Shown: in pieces, positions 1 to 11,997 of the stretch | Layout: each line of letters opens with the position of its first letter | How positions within the stretch are numbered: position 1 is the first letter of the stretch | Source: Podarcis filfolensis | Taxonomy: Eukaryota | Length of the DNA: 64,000 bases | Assembly: GCA_964270895.1 (NCBI GenBank) | Contig: OZ185441.1 | Reading direction: 5' to 3' (one strand) | The notes under the pieces: model-generated | What the model saw: the letters and a program-made list of their open reading frames with translations, nothing else | The model's database searches: none | Told to the model about the DNA's origin: nothing | Program-made: the position numbers and the translations under genes

Positions 1-1025
1 CTTCTGAAAGTACTCACGTCAGAGAGAAAGCAAAACAGTGTCATCCCGAGAAAGAGTTAACGTTCCTCTGTCAATTCTCTCCCCCCGTCGCAAACTCCTC
101 TGGAACACACTTCATTTGCATTTACATGAATCCGCTTTATATTTTATCAGTATTTCATATCCATAATTCAGTATATGCCACCGCATACACTTTTCAAATA
201 TTATCGCTTCTTGGGGCGAAGATTTCTCAGCGGATTGTCATTCTGCAGGTAGCACAAATTTCCTTTTCCACACAAATAATGCGACTCACAGGTTTGAAAC
301 AACAACAACGCCATTAAAAACTGTTGGCGTGCTTTTGTTCCCAACCCATAATTATAAGGATCGTCAGGTTAGTCTAAACTTTGGGATCTTCTCTTGGTTT
401 TATCTAACGGAATTTCAAAGAAAAGAGCTATGTAAAATTTGTTTTCAGAAAGAGATGGGAATAAAAAAGAAAGCAAGAGATGGGGGACTGCAGGCACACG
501 TCTTCTCTATGTCAAAATGCAATGGTCACATAAGGCAGAATTCATTCATTTTCTTGTATTTACTGCAGTTGTGCTCCTAGACCTATCTGGGCCCAGCAAT
601 ACTGCTTAAGGGGGTCCTGGGCAAGATGACCTCAGGTGGTTCCCCACTCTCTGGGTCGTTCGTAGTCTTCTGATTTCCTCTATCATTGCTTGCTCTCCTC
701 CTCAGCTTCTTCTTTCCTGCAATCTGATAATTAGGGGCAATAGAGAAGGAAGGAAGGAGTCCCCTTCTCTTTACTTTGTCAAAAGGGGGGGAAGGATCTG
801 CTATACTGCAGAAGGTTAGAGGATAATCCAGAACACATTTAGTGAGGTGGGGCATGCAGGTCACTGCAGGAGGAAGGAAGTTCTTGCCAAAAATGGCCTC
901 CCTCATTTTTCTGCTGACAAATTCCCTTCTGGCAGCTGACAATCACCTTTGGAGGCTACCCTATGTAACAAGCACTGCTTGTTTTTAAGGGGAAAGTATG
1001 ATAGAACTGTATGATAAAACTGTAA

Positions 1026-1374
1026 GGGACGCAGGTGGCGCTGTGGGTTAAACCACAGAGCCTAGGGCTTGCCGATCAGAAGGTCAGCGGTTCGAATCTC
1101 CGCGACGGGGTGAGCTCCCGTTGCTCGGTCCCTGCTCCTGCCAACCTAGCAGTTTGAAAACACATCAAAGTGCAAGTAGATAAATAGGTACCGCTTCTGC
1201 TGGAAGGTAAACGGTGTTTCCGTGCACTGCTCTGGTTCACCAGAAGCGGCTTAGTCATGCTGGCCACATGACCCGGAAGCTGTACGCCGGCTCCCTTGGC
1301 CAATAAAGCGAGATGAGTGCCGCGACCCCAGAGTCGGCCACAACTGGACCTAATGGTCAGTGGTCCTTTACCTT
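1026..1374 (+). mobile_element. Sauria SINE, full length
   Basis: gggacgcaggtggcgctgtgggttaaacc head, body with gtgcaagtagataaataggtacc, cctttaccttt tail; the 13-mer tatgata(g/a)aactg occurs on both flanks. Confidence 0.92.
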
Positions 1375-2592
1375 TATGATAGAACTGAAGAAATTCACAG
1401 TAAGGATAGTGACTCTTAATTTTTTGTTGAGTAGCAGAAAATCGTTTCTGATTTTCAGCATAAGATAAGGAGTTTGCAGAGTAGCTGGATGAATCCTTTG
1501 CATCTGTTTTTGCAGATAGGGCAGATCCTTTTGCTTAAACTTTTATCGGACGGAAGACCAAGGAGCTGAGGGAAATGGGAGTTAGAAGAGATAGCTGTAT
1601 TCTACCTTCGCTGCTGGAGGCAGTAAGCCTCTGAATACCAGTTTGCTTGGAATCAGAAGTGAAGAGGGTGCTGCTGCACTAAGTTTCTGCTTGTGGGCTT
1701 CCCACAGACATCTGGACTTGACAGGCCATTGGCCTGATGTCTTTCTTTTAACAGGAAAACTATTTACGCAGGGAGAGGTTTTAATAGACATAGGAAAGCA
1801 CATAAATTCTGCAGTCTACCACAGTCATCCTGCTTCAACAACACAGAGTCAAAAACACTGGATATTTATTGCCCACAAGTTACTGTGTTGACATTATCAA
1901 CAAAAGATAAAAATCACTCATTGGGGAAATTAAAAAAGTATTAAATGGCAATGACTAAATGAAAGTTTGTTACTTTCAATCCAGCATAAAAATGATAGGC
2001 AATCAAAATGTGACAGGATAGACTAATTAGCATGCCAGTTTTGAAATTAAAAGTACCCTACTGGGGTTGGTTTAGAAAAGTTTAGGGCCCGTTTTGAAGT
2101 AAGGGGGGAACCATACATTTTTTTAAAAGAGCAAAGTTTGTGCAAAATGCATCCCTGGTGAAAACTCAACCTGTCTACCTGGGTAAATAATAGAAAAATA
2201 AGCAATAATCAAGATTATTATTATTTTAAGAATAATGTTTAATTAAATTAGTGTTTCTGAAACTCCATGAAATCAAAATGTCGTTCTAAGCTGAATTGAT
2301 CTTCTGCGCCCCCCAAATCTAAAAAACTTCGTATTAAGCTCCTAAATATTCTACCTTATTCTTATTATGTCCAGTTTCTACTGCTCCAACTTACTGCTGC
2401 CTCAAATGTGCTGAATCTTCAATATGGCTATTTCCTTCAGTATAGATAGGAAAATGAATGCAAATTATGTATATGTTTCTACAGCTTGCTTATAAATATA
2501 GCCCATGGAAATATTGTACTGGCATGCTGGCAGAGAATGCAAAACCCTGAAACTGGCATTTAGGTCGCAGGCATTCGATTTCACACCATTGT

Positions 2593-2871
2593 TCAGCCCG
2601 GACACGGAGGTCCAGCTCCGAGGGCCTTCTAGCGGCTTTCTTCCGGCGAAGTTAAAGGGAACCAGGCAGAGGGCCTTCTCTGTAGTGGTGCCTGCCCTGT
2701 GGAATGCCCTCCCATCAGATGTCAAGGAAATAAACAACTATCTGACTTTTCGAAGACATCTGAAGGCAACCCTGTATCGGACAATTTTTAATGTCTGATG
2801 TTTTACAATTTTTTATGTGGTGTAAGCCGCCCAGAGTGGCTGGGGAAACCCAGCCAAATGCGCAGGGTATA

Positions 2872-2917
<46 letters not shown>

Positions 2918-2936
2918 TATTATTATTATTATTATG
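2593..2936 (+). mobile_element. L2-clade LINE 3' end with (AAT)n tail
   Basis: ORF2 C-terminus RQRAFSVVVPALWNALP...FRRHLKATL, 3' UTR tgtaagccgcccagagtggctgggg, AAT tail; near-identical copy at 52231-52562. Confidence 0.85.
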
Positions 2937-3362
2937 CAAGGATACCCAGGTCCTTGCACAGGTTGTATGAGCTAACATGCATTGTGGGAGTTGAATTTAA
3001 GATACAAGCGGCTGCTGAATTTAGAGACTGTTTGGATTAACCCATTGGCTAGACTTTCATATCACAGCAAGTTGGTTCAAATGCAACATTCCCAGTCTCC
3101 CAAAGCGAAGTTTCAAGAACCAAGAACATGCTACAGGCTTACATCCACCCTCCTTCTACTTCCTCCTCTTTTCAGTTACTCATATCCAATTATTTCCTCT
3201 TTAACACAAACCATACTTTGCTACAATATCCAAACTAATAAGCTGTTTTTCCTCCCTTATACTCCGAAGAGCTAAAACATAAGCAAACCATGCTTTGCAA
3301 TTCTGGTTTAGAGGGCAAGTATAAACCATTATTTTCCAGGTTTTGATGTCAAGGTAACTTAT

Positions 3363-3627
3363 AGGTAAAGGTAAAGGTAAAGAACCCCTGGGCGGTTAAG
3401 TCCACTATGGGGTGCAGCACTCAGCTCACTTTTCAGGCCCAGGGAGCCAGCGTTCATCTGCAGACAGTTTTCCGGGTCTTGTGGCCAATATTACTGAACC
3501 GCTTCTGGTGCAACAGGACACTTGATGGAAGCCAGAGCGCACGGAAACACCGTTTACCTTCCCACCACAGTGGTACCTATTTCTCTACCTGCACTGGTAT
3601 GCTTTCAAACTGCTAGGTTGGCAGAAG
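3363..3627 (-). mobile_element. Sauria SINE, 5'-truncated and diverged
   Basis: Reverse-complement tail (ggtaaa)n plus body matching the copies at 1026 and 10365. Confidence 0.85.
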
Positions 3628-4373
3628 GTAACTTATATTTTGCTCTCGTCTGGACACAACTAAGTGAACCTGAGGACATGAGGGCATGGAGACAGAAGGA
3701 AATGGATTGCTGATGCAACACTAAACAAAATGGTTTGACTTTACATCAATACTTCCAAGAAGCTTGCTTCTCAGTCAGTTGCCAACCAAGCTGTACAATC
3801 AAGCATCCAGAAATCATGTGAAGAGTGTGCATATGTGACTCAACCCTATGCTTCAACACTGAAAACACAACACTGAAGTATAATTCTGCTTCTGCAAGAT
3901 TTCCTTTTACTCTCATTAACAATTTGCATAGCACTTTTCACATGCCACATGCTTCATAATCTTTATCTTCTTTAACTACCATCATCCGGGCAGGGTAAGG
4001 CACACCTATTTTACAGATGGCAACTGAAGCTGAAAAATAGTTCTTTCCCAGCAGCTCTGCTGGGAATTCTTTATATGTTTTTCATGTTATATTTGCTATT
4101 GTTCTGCTTTGTAATTATGAAATTGTTACTATGCTATTGTTTGGCTATGTTAGTATGAAACTGTTACTATGTTACTTGGCTGTGTTATTATGAAATTGTT
4201 TTTGTAGCATTTGAAATGTGTTCCTGTGTTGTTGTTGTTTTGTAAACCACTTTGAGCATGATTTTTTTGTGTGGAAAAGCGCTATACAAATCTAAAGAAT
4301 GAACAAATGAATCCAAGCCTCCAGTGTATGCATTGTTTGAGGCTATCCTCAACCCTATGCTGTGAGGCCACTT

Positions 4374-4505
4374 GTCCGGATAGCTCAGTTGGTGGATCAT
4401 GAGACTCTTAATCTCAGGGTTGTGGGTTCAAACCCCATATTCGACAAAAGATTTCTGCATTGCAGGGGGTTGAACTAGATTACCCTTGTGGCCCCTTCTA
4501 CGATG
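4374..4505 (+). mobile_element. tRNA-Lys(CTT)-derived SINE with CR1-type 3' end (lacertid P.s.1/SINE-like)
   Basis: tRNA-Lys-like head (gagactcttaatctcagggttgtgggttc) fused to aaaagattcctgcattgcagggggttggactag CR1-like tail; four related copies in the window. Confidence 0.85.
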
Positions 4506-5303
4506 TAAAATTAAATCAGAAAGGTAAAATTAAATCAGAAAGGGACAGAGAAAATTGCATAACTTGATAGGTTAATAATCTGCCTTTTAAACAAACAACA
4601 AAAACGGCAATCTATTTTTTCCCCATTAAAACCTGACACACTGCACTAACTGAGGAGACGATGTTGTGAAAGCAGACCACATTGCGTGGCAATGCTTGAT
4701 CGAGATCAGCTATCAGAGAGCGAAAAGAAACCACTGTTTCATGATTATAATAGCAAATTTTGGAAGACAACCAAATACATCATCTGGCGGCTCAACAGCT
4801 GTTACAGCATGGTAGTAATACCTTGCCATTTGCTGTAAGCTATAACTTGGGGAGGGGGGAATTGATTTCTCATCTGCCAGAAACAAGGAAATGTACTTCT
4901 TTGAACATTACTGACATTCTTCTCATTAGGAATAGCTCATTTTTGCATCTATTTTTCCTGATCTGCATCCTTCCCTCAGCATGGGTTGCTAAGCTGATTT
5001 TATGTTAATTTATTTTGAACCAAAAATAAATTGAGAGGAAAGTATTGGAAGCAATTTAAACAAACTACATATGTTTCGCCAAACTCTACGACAGGGTCAT
5101 GTGTGGGTGTGAAAATATTATAAATATCCTTCAAATTATTATTTATTACCTTCACTTGTTCTCCTTCCTTTCTTTAAGCTTTAAAAACAGGAAGTTCCAA
5201 ACTAATTTTGAGTCCACCAGCTTCCTTGCTGGGTCATAAGAGAAGGCAATCGTTTTCCATGCTGGACAGAAAGATGAAAACTGTAGGCTGGGTATCAGTT
5301 ATA

Positions 5304-5545
5304 CAGTGGTACCTCGGGTTGCATACGCTTCAGGTTACACACATTTCAGGTTACAGACTCCGCTAACCCAGAAATGTTACCTCGGGTTAAGAACTTTGCT
5401 TCAGGATGAGAACAGAAATCGTGCTCTGGCAGCGCAGCAGCAGCAGGAGGCCCCATTAGCTAAAGTGGTGCTTCAGGTTAAGAACAGTTTCAGGTTAAGA
5501 ACAGACCTCCAGAACGAATTAAGTACTTAACCCAAGGTACCACTG
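5304..5545. mobile_element. Tc1/mariner-pogo (Tigger-like) MITE
   Basis: TIRs CAGTGGTACCTCGGGTT / AACCCAAGGTACCACTG with TA target duplication; family copies at 26729 and 46698. Confidence 0.9.
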
Positions 5546-5622
5546 TATGTATTTATGACAAAACTGTAACCGTTTACAGTAACATCTAGACAAAAAATTC
5601 CATCATGGTCAACAGTCAGGGT

Positions 5623-5625
<3 letters not shown>

Positions 5626-5693
<68 letters not shown>
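5626..5693. repeat. Compound microsatellite (CT)n(GT)n
   Basis: Seen directly. Confidence 0.95.
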
Positions 5694-5695
<2 letters not shown>

Positions 5696-6146
5696 GTAAC
5701 AGTACTTGCCATACATGCTGGCTCCAGGGGGCTAAGACACTATTGACCCCCTCTATGGTTTTTTTGAGGGGGATAGTCCCTCCCATTGTAAAAACTGGAC
5801 ACAGAGGGACATTAGGACATCACGCAATGTAGCTCATGTGGCGTCAGTACATTGTGCAACATCACACACGCGAGGTCAGAACGCTGCATCAGGGTCCCTC
5901 AATGTGGTTCAGAAGATGGAGCTTCTGGTACTCACTAGTTAGGAGTTCTGGCACCACATATTTTGCTGCCTTGCAGAAGCCATTTTGTGCTGACCCCCAC
6001 TTTTATCAAAGCATGGGTACCAGTACATTGTGGGGTTTTTAACCAAAGAAAGCACTGATGTGCAATAATAATGAGGGCTGCAATCCTACGCACGGTTCTT
6101 TGGGATTATGGCCTGCTGGGACTTACTGTTGAATAGATATGAGCCA

Positions 6147-6298
6147 AACTGGGATAGCTCATTTGGTAGAGCATGAGAGTCTTCACCTCAGAGTTGTGGG
6201 TTTGAGCCCCACATTGTGCAAAAGATTCCTGCATTGCAGGGGGTTGGACTAGATGATCCTCATGGTCCCTTCCAGTTCTCCAAGTCTATTATTCTATG
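6147..6298 (+). mobile_element. tRNA-Lys/CR1 SINE
   Basis: Same head and tail as the copy at 4374, ending ...ccttccagttctccaagtctattattctatg. Confidence 0.85.
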
Positions 6299-6499
6299 CT
6301 GTAAAACATTCACTGTCTGCCTATGGGAGTTGTTTTAAAAAATTATTCCATGACACACAGTAGTTGACAAGAAGCTTTAAAAAAAATAAAATGCTGCCTA
6401 TCAAAATTACTTTGCAGCTTTATTCTATGCACCCTGCATAGACAAGGAGAGGATGGCATCGCCGAAGAAGGGGATTTTCGTAGCAGACCCTAAGTAGCA

Positions 6500-6735
6500 T
6501 CTTCACTGCACAGATTTCACTGTATGCTGAAGAGAGACCTCTTCGCCCTGGCCTTTGACAGTGAAGGTATTTTGTTTTGTGGGACCCACCTCTTTTGTTG
6601 AATTTATACCCATCTGTTGCCTTTGGAATGGCTTTCCGTGTTTTATAATTGGAATGGTTTTACAATTGCATATTTCATCGTTGCAACTCGCCCTGGGACT
6701 TTATGGTGGCGCAGGGGCAAGAGATCTTAAAAATA
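6500..6735 (+). mobile_element. Diverged L2-like 3' end
   Basis: ctgaagagagacctcttcgccctggcctttga terminal motif followed by an AT-rich UTR and a gcaactcgccctggg tail. Confidence 0.4.
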
Positions 6736-7010
6736 GGTAAACTGAAGCTTAATTCATAAATAACAAAATGGGACTGATTCCTAAACAGAGCCGTGTCAGA
6801 TTGCAGCCTCCGAGTTTCAGTTATTCCAGCTTGGCTGTAGGTTAACGCAAAAGAAATCAGTCATGAATATTTTAGATCCTGCCATTCCACTTAGGGTTTT
6901 GAAGTGTCATAAACAATATCTTTCAAAGATCAATATTCACACAGGACATCTATGGGGAAAAGAAACTCAACATCTCTAGGATGTTGGTGTAAGCTATCAG
7001 TTAGATATAC

Positions 7011-7096
7011 CTTCATGCCTGGTGCAGTTTTCTTGGCCTCTGCTTTTAATCTTGTTGCTTTTAACATTGGCCTGGTTTTCTTGTAATCTTGTTTTC
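7011..7096 (-). CDS. TRIQK: TRIQK second coding exon
   Basis: 86-nt exon with acceptor ttttttctctcccccc...gtcaatag|GA and donor ATGAAG|gtatat. Encodes (G)KQDYKKTRPMLKATRLKAEAKKTAPGMK, matching remembered TRIQK KQDYKKTKPILRATKLKAEAKKTA. 61+86=147 nt, in frame with the previous exon. Confidence 0.95.
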
Positions 7097-8017
7097 CTAT
7101 TGACGGGGGGGGGGGGAGAGAAAAAACAGTTACTGAAAACACTCCATGGTAAATGAGGGACAATTATTTTAATGTCTGCAGCATATCCAAATTTTCCTTT
7201 ACAAAGCACAAAAAGACCACTGTATGTTAGAGCTGCTTGTAGAGTGACAAACTTTGAAATGTTTGCTCTCATAGGGAATACATATGACAGTATAATTTGA
7301 GCAATTTATTATTTACGAATGGGCAGCCTAAAAGACTGATGCTACGCCACATCATGCCACATCCAATGTAGAAAATTAAAAAGAGAAAGCCCATGATGAG
7401 AAAAGTTTGACGCAATTGAGAACAATTGTGCATAGTATTTGCATGGGTTGTGGGGTTAATTTAGGCATAAGATAAAACTCTTACTTTTTCCGAGACAATT
7501 TTCAAGAGTTCATAACCACTCCGCCTGTAAATTGGAAGGTTATTAGGCCTACATCCAAATTCAGTTCTAGAAAAAATAAAAAGCACTTCCTGCCTAGTAA
7601 TAACAGGTTTTGGCCATGTTGAAATTGTTTTCACAGTATCCCTTTTCATGCCACATGTCACAAGACTGCATTATGGCGGCTGGCTGGCCGATCAGTGTTA
7701 GATTAGCTGAAAGCTATACTTTGCAGCCTTGTAGTCATTAAGGGCTCTGATCTTAAGCAAATGCATTCAGGACTACTGCTAGGCCAATGCTTGAGAGATT
7801 GTTTCTGCTGCTAAAGTTACTGTTTTGGGAAGGGTGGTGGAAAACTTACCTTCCATACTTACGCACATTTTTACTGCCTTTTTCGTTTTCCTACTCTGCT
7901 GTGGCCTGAGTGCCAAAACAGACCAACAAACCAACCTCGAAAGGGCTTTTTCACTCTTATGGGTAGATCCACACCTTAGATTTAAAGCACATGACTACCC
8001 CAAAGAATCCTGGGAAC

Positions 8018-8132
8018 TTAAGAGGCCAACTAAGTTTGTTCTTGGTATGAACTTTCGTGTGCATGCACGCTTCTTCAGAAGTGTGCATGCACACGAAAGT
8101 ACATACCAAGAACAAACTTAGTTGGTCTCTAA
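8018..8132. mobile_element. Inverted pair of Penelope-like element terminal fragments carrying degenerate minimal hammerhead ribozyme motifs
   Basis: Arms of about 50 bp are near-perfect reverse complements. The minus strand reads CTGAAGA-A-GCGTGCATGCACAC-GAA-AGTT-C-ATAC, the layout of PLE-associated minimal type I hammerheads. Confidence 0.7.
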
Positions 8133-8724
8133 GGTGCAATTGCCAATTTTTAAAATTTTATTTATATATTTCTACTGCATCAGATCAACACGCCTACCTA
8201 CCTGAATCTAGAATCCTGGGAACTGTAAGGGTGTTGAGAATTATAGCTCTATGAAGGGAAAACTACAGTTCCCAGCTTTCTTTGCTGGAGGGGGGAGCAG
8301 CTATGTGTGGTGTGACCATCAGTGAGTATGTGGTAAACATTATAAAGCCATGTAGCCATATAGCTAATTAGACACAGCTATAGGATGATGTCACTGAGGG
8401 CAAATGAAGCCCCACCACCATTTTCGGTGAGAGGGCAAAGAAGGAACTTATCCCCTTTGCCCAACTGAGGCAACTGAGTTGACGCTCCTTGCCTTGCCCT
8501 CCAGTTGTACATGCTTACAGATGACTTGGGGCAGAATGCGGATGAATCTACAAAAGATGTACGCCACACCCCAATCCCAGTGTGCGTTCAGGGAAATGCC
8601 TGGATGATGCTTTGGTCCCCTGGTTGCACTGCGCTCCTACTCTTCCTGCGCAAGAGCTTTCTTGTCCTACAACTGTGCCCAACATGTGGTTGCTTCGGCA
8701 GGGGATGGGGAGGAGATGGGACAA

Positions 8725-9006
8725 TGCATGGGTGAACTATGGAACTCCCGCAGGAGGCAGTGATGATCACCAACTTGGATGGCTTTAAAAGAGGGCTGGA
8801 CAACTTCAAAGGCTTAGCAACGGCTACTAGCCACAATGGCATACACTTCTGAATACCAGTTGCTGGAAACCACAGGAGGGGAGAGTGCTCTTGTGCTTGG
8901 ATCTCGCTTGAGGGTTCGCCACAGGCATCTGGTTGGCCACTGTGAGAACAGAATGCTGGAGTAGATAGGCCATTGAGCTAATCCAGCAGACTCTTATGTT
9001 CTTATG
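8725..9006 (+). mobile_element. CR1 LINE 3' end
   Basis: ggatggctttaaaagagggctggacaa..., ctggttggccactgtgagaacagaatgctggagtagatagg, cttatgttcttatg tail. Confidence 0.8.
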
Positions 9007-10364
9007 ACACTGGGAGCAGGAATAAAACCATGGCCTCACCCCTCGCTATACAAACACATGTTCTACATGCGAGTAACACATAAACAGGGCTTATGTTTTC
9101 TCTCTGGTCACTGGAGGTGCAAGTTGTTATTGTTGTTGTTTTTAAGCGACTCCCAGTCCTTAAAAAAAAATAATCTACGATTAGGGAAAACATTTTCCTT
9201 ACTGAGAAGTCTCAAGATGCATTTCTCTGGTGATCTGTATTATACCAGAGGAGCAGTGGAGATTTTAAAGTCTAAAGCATGGGAAAAATTGTTCTTTTCT
9301 CAGAGGAAAGTATGGTCATCGTGGAATAAGGGGGAAAGAGTTTACATGACTACAGCTCCCCGCCAGTCATTATGATATTACCATGTGCTATGCAATAGTA
9401 AAGGACCTGTCAGAATTTCCATTATGAATTGACTGAGTTTATATGCTCGTAAAAATTCACTCCAGGGTGAAACTTGGCTTAAAAATATATCTGAACCTGT
9501 AATACTGTTTGGAGCCAATTTCAACTAAGACATGCAGCTGCTAAAAACTTTTACTTGCGAACAAACTGCAGACATTTATTCACATGGGGCTTTGAACACA
9601 GATTTATAAGACTTTAAGAAGAAAACAAGGGGAAAATAATTGTTTCACTTCAAGATCTCAGAAAGTCCGAAATACACCCTCATGTCTACACTGATAATGA
9701 AAGGTGGGACAACTAAGATGTGATTTACATCAGAGAGACCTGCTGTTCTTGAGATCAGCCAAAATTAAAGAGGTGCAGCTTTGGGAAAGCAGAGGGAATG
9801 GTGTAGATGAGCTCTCCTATTTACTTGGCATTTCCTCAGAGTAAATTTGAGTACAACCTTACTGTAGATACTTTGGAAGTGTAGCGGTGCAAAATGCAAT
9901 GGGTGAAAAGCAGAAGAGCTCAAGTATATAGATGATATAGATATTGATAAAATGTTAGAAGGAGATTCGTTCATCTTCCCTTTCCCCTGGGTTTAGGATC
10001 TAATTTATCTTGTGGGTTTTATGGACAATGAACTAATATACATAACCAACAATTCACTCTGGCTTTAGACTAATGTGCGCTACAACTAGCTAGATGGTGA
10101 AGTGACCACCTGATTGTCCTGTCTTGGAAACCATATCTAATTTTATGCCTAGGTTGCCTGAATAACTTTTACCATTCACTTCATCTGGCTTTGCCATGCA
10201 GCCAACTACAAAGTGCAGTGGATGGGCAGAGCCAATCTTTGGCTTTGACCAGTTTTGGGAATGGACCGAGCATCCCCCTTGCCCACTAAGCATAAACATG
10301 AGCCACTCGTCTTTGAGGCAAATGTGTGGTGCAGAGCAATTGTATGCAGGTACCATTTCCGCGA

Positions 10365-10719
10365 GGGACGCGGGTGGCACTGTGGGTTAAACCACAGAGC
10401 CTAGGACTTGCCAATCAGAAGGTTGCCGGTTTGAATCCCCACGACAGGGTGAGCTCCTGTTGCTCGGTCCCTGCTCCTGCCAACCTAGCAGTTCAAAAGC
10501 ATGTCAAAGTGCAAGTAGATAAATAGGTACCACTCCGGCGGAAAGGTAAATGGCGTTTCCGTGCGCTGCTCTGGTTCGCCAGAAGCGGCTTAGTCATGCT
10601 GGCCACATGACCCGGTAGATGTACACCGGCTGCCTCGGCCAATAAAGCAAGATAAGCAGCGCAACCCCAGAGTCGGCCACAACTGGACCTAATGGTCAGT
10701 GGTCCCTTTACCTTTACCT
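10365..10719 (+). mobile_element. Sauria SINE, full length
   Basis: Matches the copy at 1026; degenerate target duplication taccattt(c)(c/t)gc(g/a)a on both sides. Confidence 0.92.
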
Positions 10720-11997
10720 TACCATTTCTGCAACCATGTAAACTCCACCAAACCCATGACTGTAAGTGCAGTTAAAGTGGAGTGGCATGTGACCTGTGTC
10801 ATAGTAAAGATGACATAGATTAAGTGCACATCAGAGTGCATCAAAGGTAGAGGCAATAATGGATTATTAATATTTTTGCATCATTATGCCCTAAGAATAA
10901 CTAGTTATTTCTCAACAAAGAAAGTTTATCGATCCTCTTCAAGATTATATTCTAGCAACTACCCATTCCAGAGGAGAACCATGAGCAGAAATAGGACTGC
11001 GTCTGAGAAAGTGGCTTTAAGATTTCAAATGAATTGAATTCGATGATCTATATGACTGTTTCCCTAAAACTTACCTCGGTGCAAGTTAACAGTGACAATA
11101 TTTGCAGGCTGAAATTGAAGTCGATATTAACAACTGAAACTCTCTTTATTGCAAACAATCTATTTTAATAATGACTCTACAGCTGGTAAGTCTCCAAAAC
11201 AAAGCATCTGTGATTAATTTACCACTCTCCTTGCTAAATGCTATAGCCAGAAGAGAAAGTACATACCAGAGAATACAAGTCTGAATCAACTGTGTGTAAA
11301 AATTTACAAAGGACATCTGTTAAGTCCTTGGTAATGAAAACCACATTTTAGTATTGGACTTTTTAAAAACACCTCTTTAAACAGCTGAACTCCCCTCCCC
11401 CCCAAAAAAAATCCCAAGATAACCACCTGTACTGCAAAAATGGCATATGTGCCCCAGAAGTTGCCACCTGAAATATCTAGTTTATATAAGCAATGCAAAC
11501 ACCTTTGACTGTTGCTAGCTGGAATGTAAATTCACGTTAATTTAAACTAGCATCAATTATAGTGGAGGATATTTTCAGAGCTTAAGGTGGCGTGAAAGGG
11601 GTGCTGGCTGCTGTTCGTGGTACATATGTATACTTATCCCTGTTTTGCAGTGAGACCTGTTGGTGCATATGGCGCAACCACCCCGCTTTGAGTGGGACAC
11701 CCCGGATTTACAGAATCTTTAAGTTTACTATGAACACTTTCCTCCCTAACAGATTTCCCACATCTCGCGGGGCTGCGAAGACTGCGTTCCTCTCTTCTTC
11801 GCATCCAAAGATGGACCAATGCCAGGGATTTAACCTGGAAACTTCTGCATGCACTTTTATGTCCTGCGTGGGACTTTAACTCTCATCAGTATCATCTGGC
11901 ATGGTTAAGTGTCACAGATGATGGGAGCTGGAGCCTAAAACAACCAGAGGGCTCCAGGTTATGGAAGGCTGCTTGAGAATATCTCAGAATGACCATC

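Noticed and set aside
4113-4200. Imperfect tandem repeat of about 35-40 bp units (tatgaaa(t/c)tgttactatg...)
   Set aside because: Short decayed minisatellite with no spacer-like unique sequence; nothing CRISPR-like or functional is evident.
4374-4446. tRNA-Lys(CTT)-like sequences (also about 6150, 12000 and 24790)
   Set aside because: Each has mismatched stems and continues straight into a CR1-type tail, so they are SINE heads, not tRNA genes.
1-7010. Search for the last TRIQK coding exon (hydrophobic transmembrane segment)
   Set aside because: No minus-strand acceptor followed by an E-x-x-L-x-L-A-A-I-L-like frame was found; the exon is presumed to lie left of position 1.
11075-11133. Exon-like segment with donor GAG|gtaagt
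   Set aside because: Two weak alternative acceptors (34 or 59 nt) and no similarity to TRIQK; not supportable.
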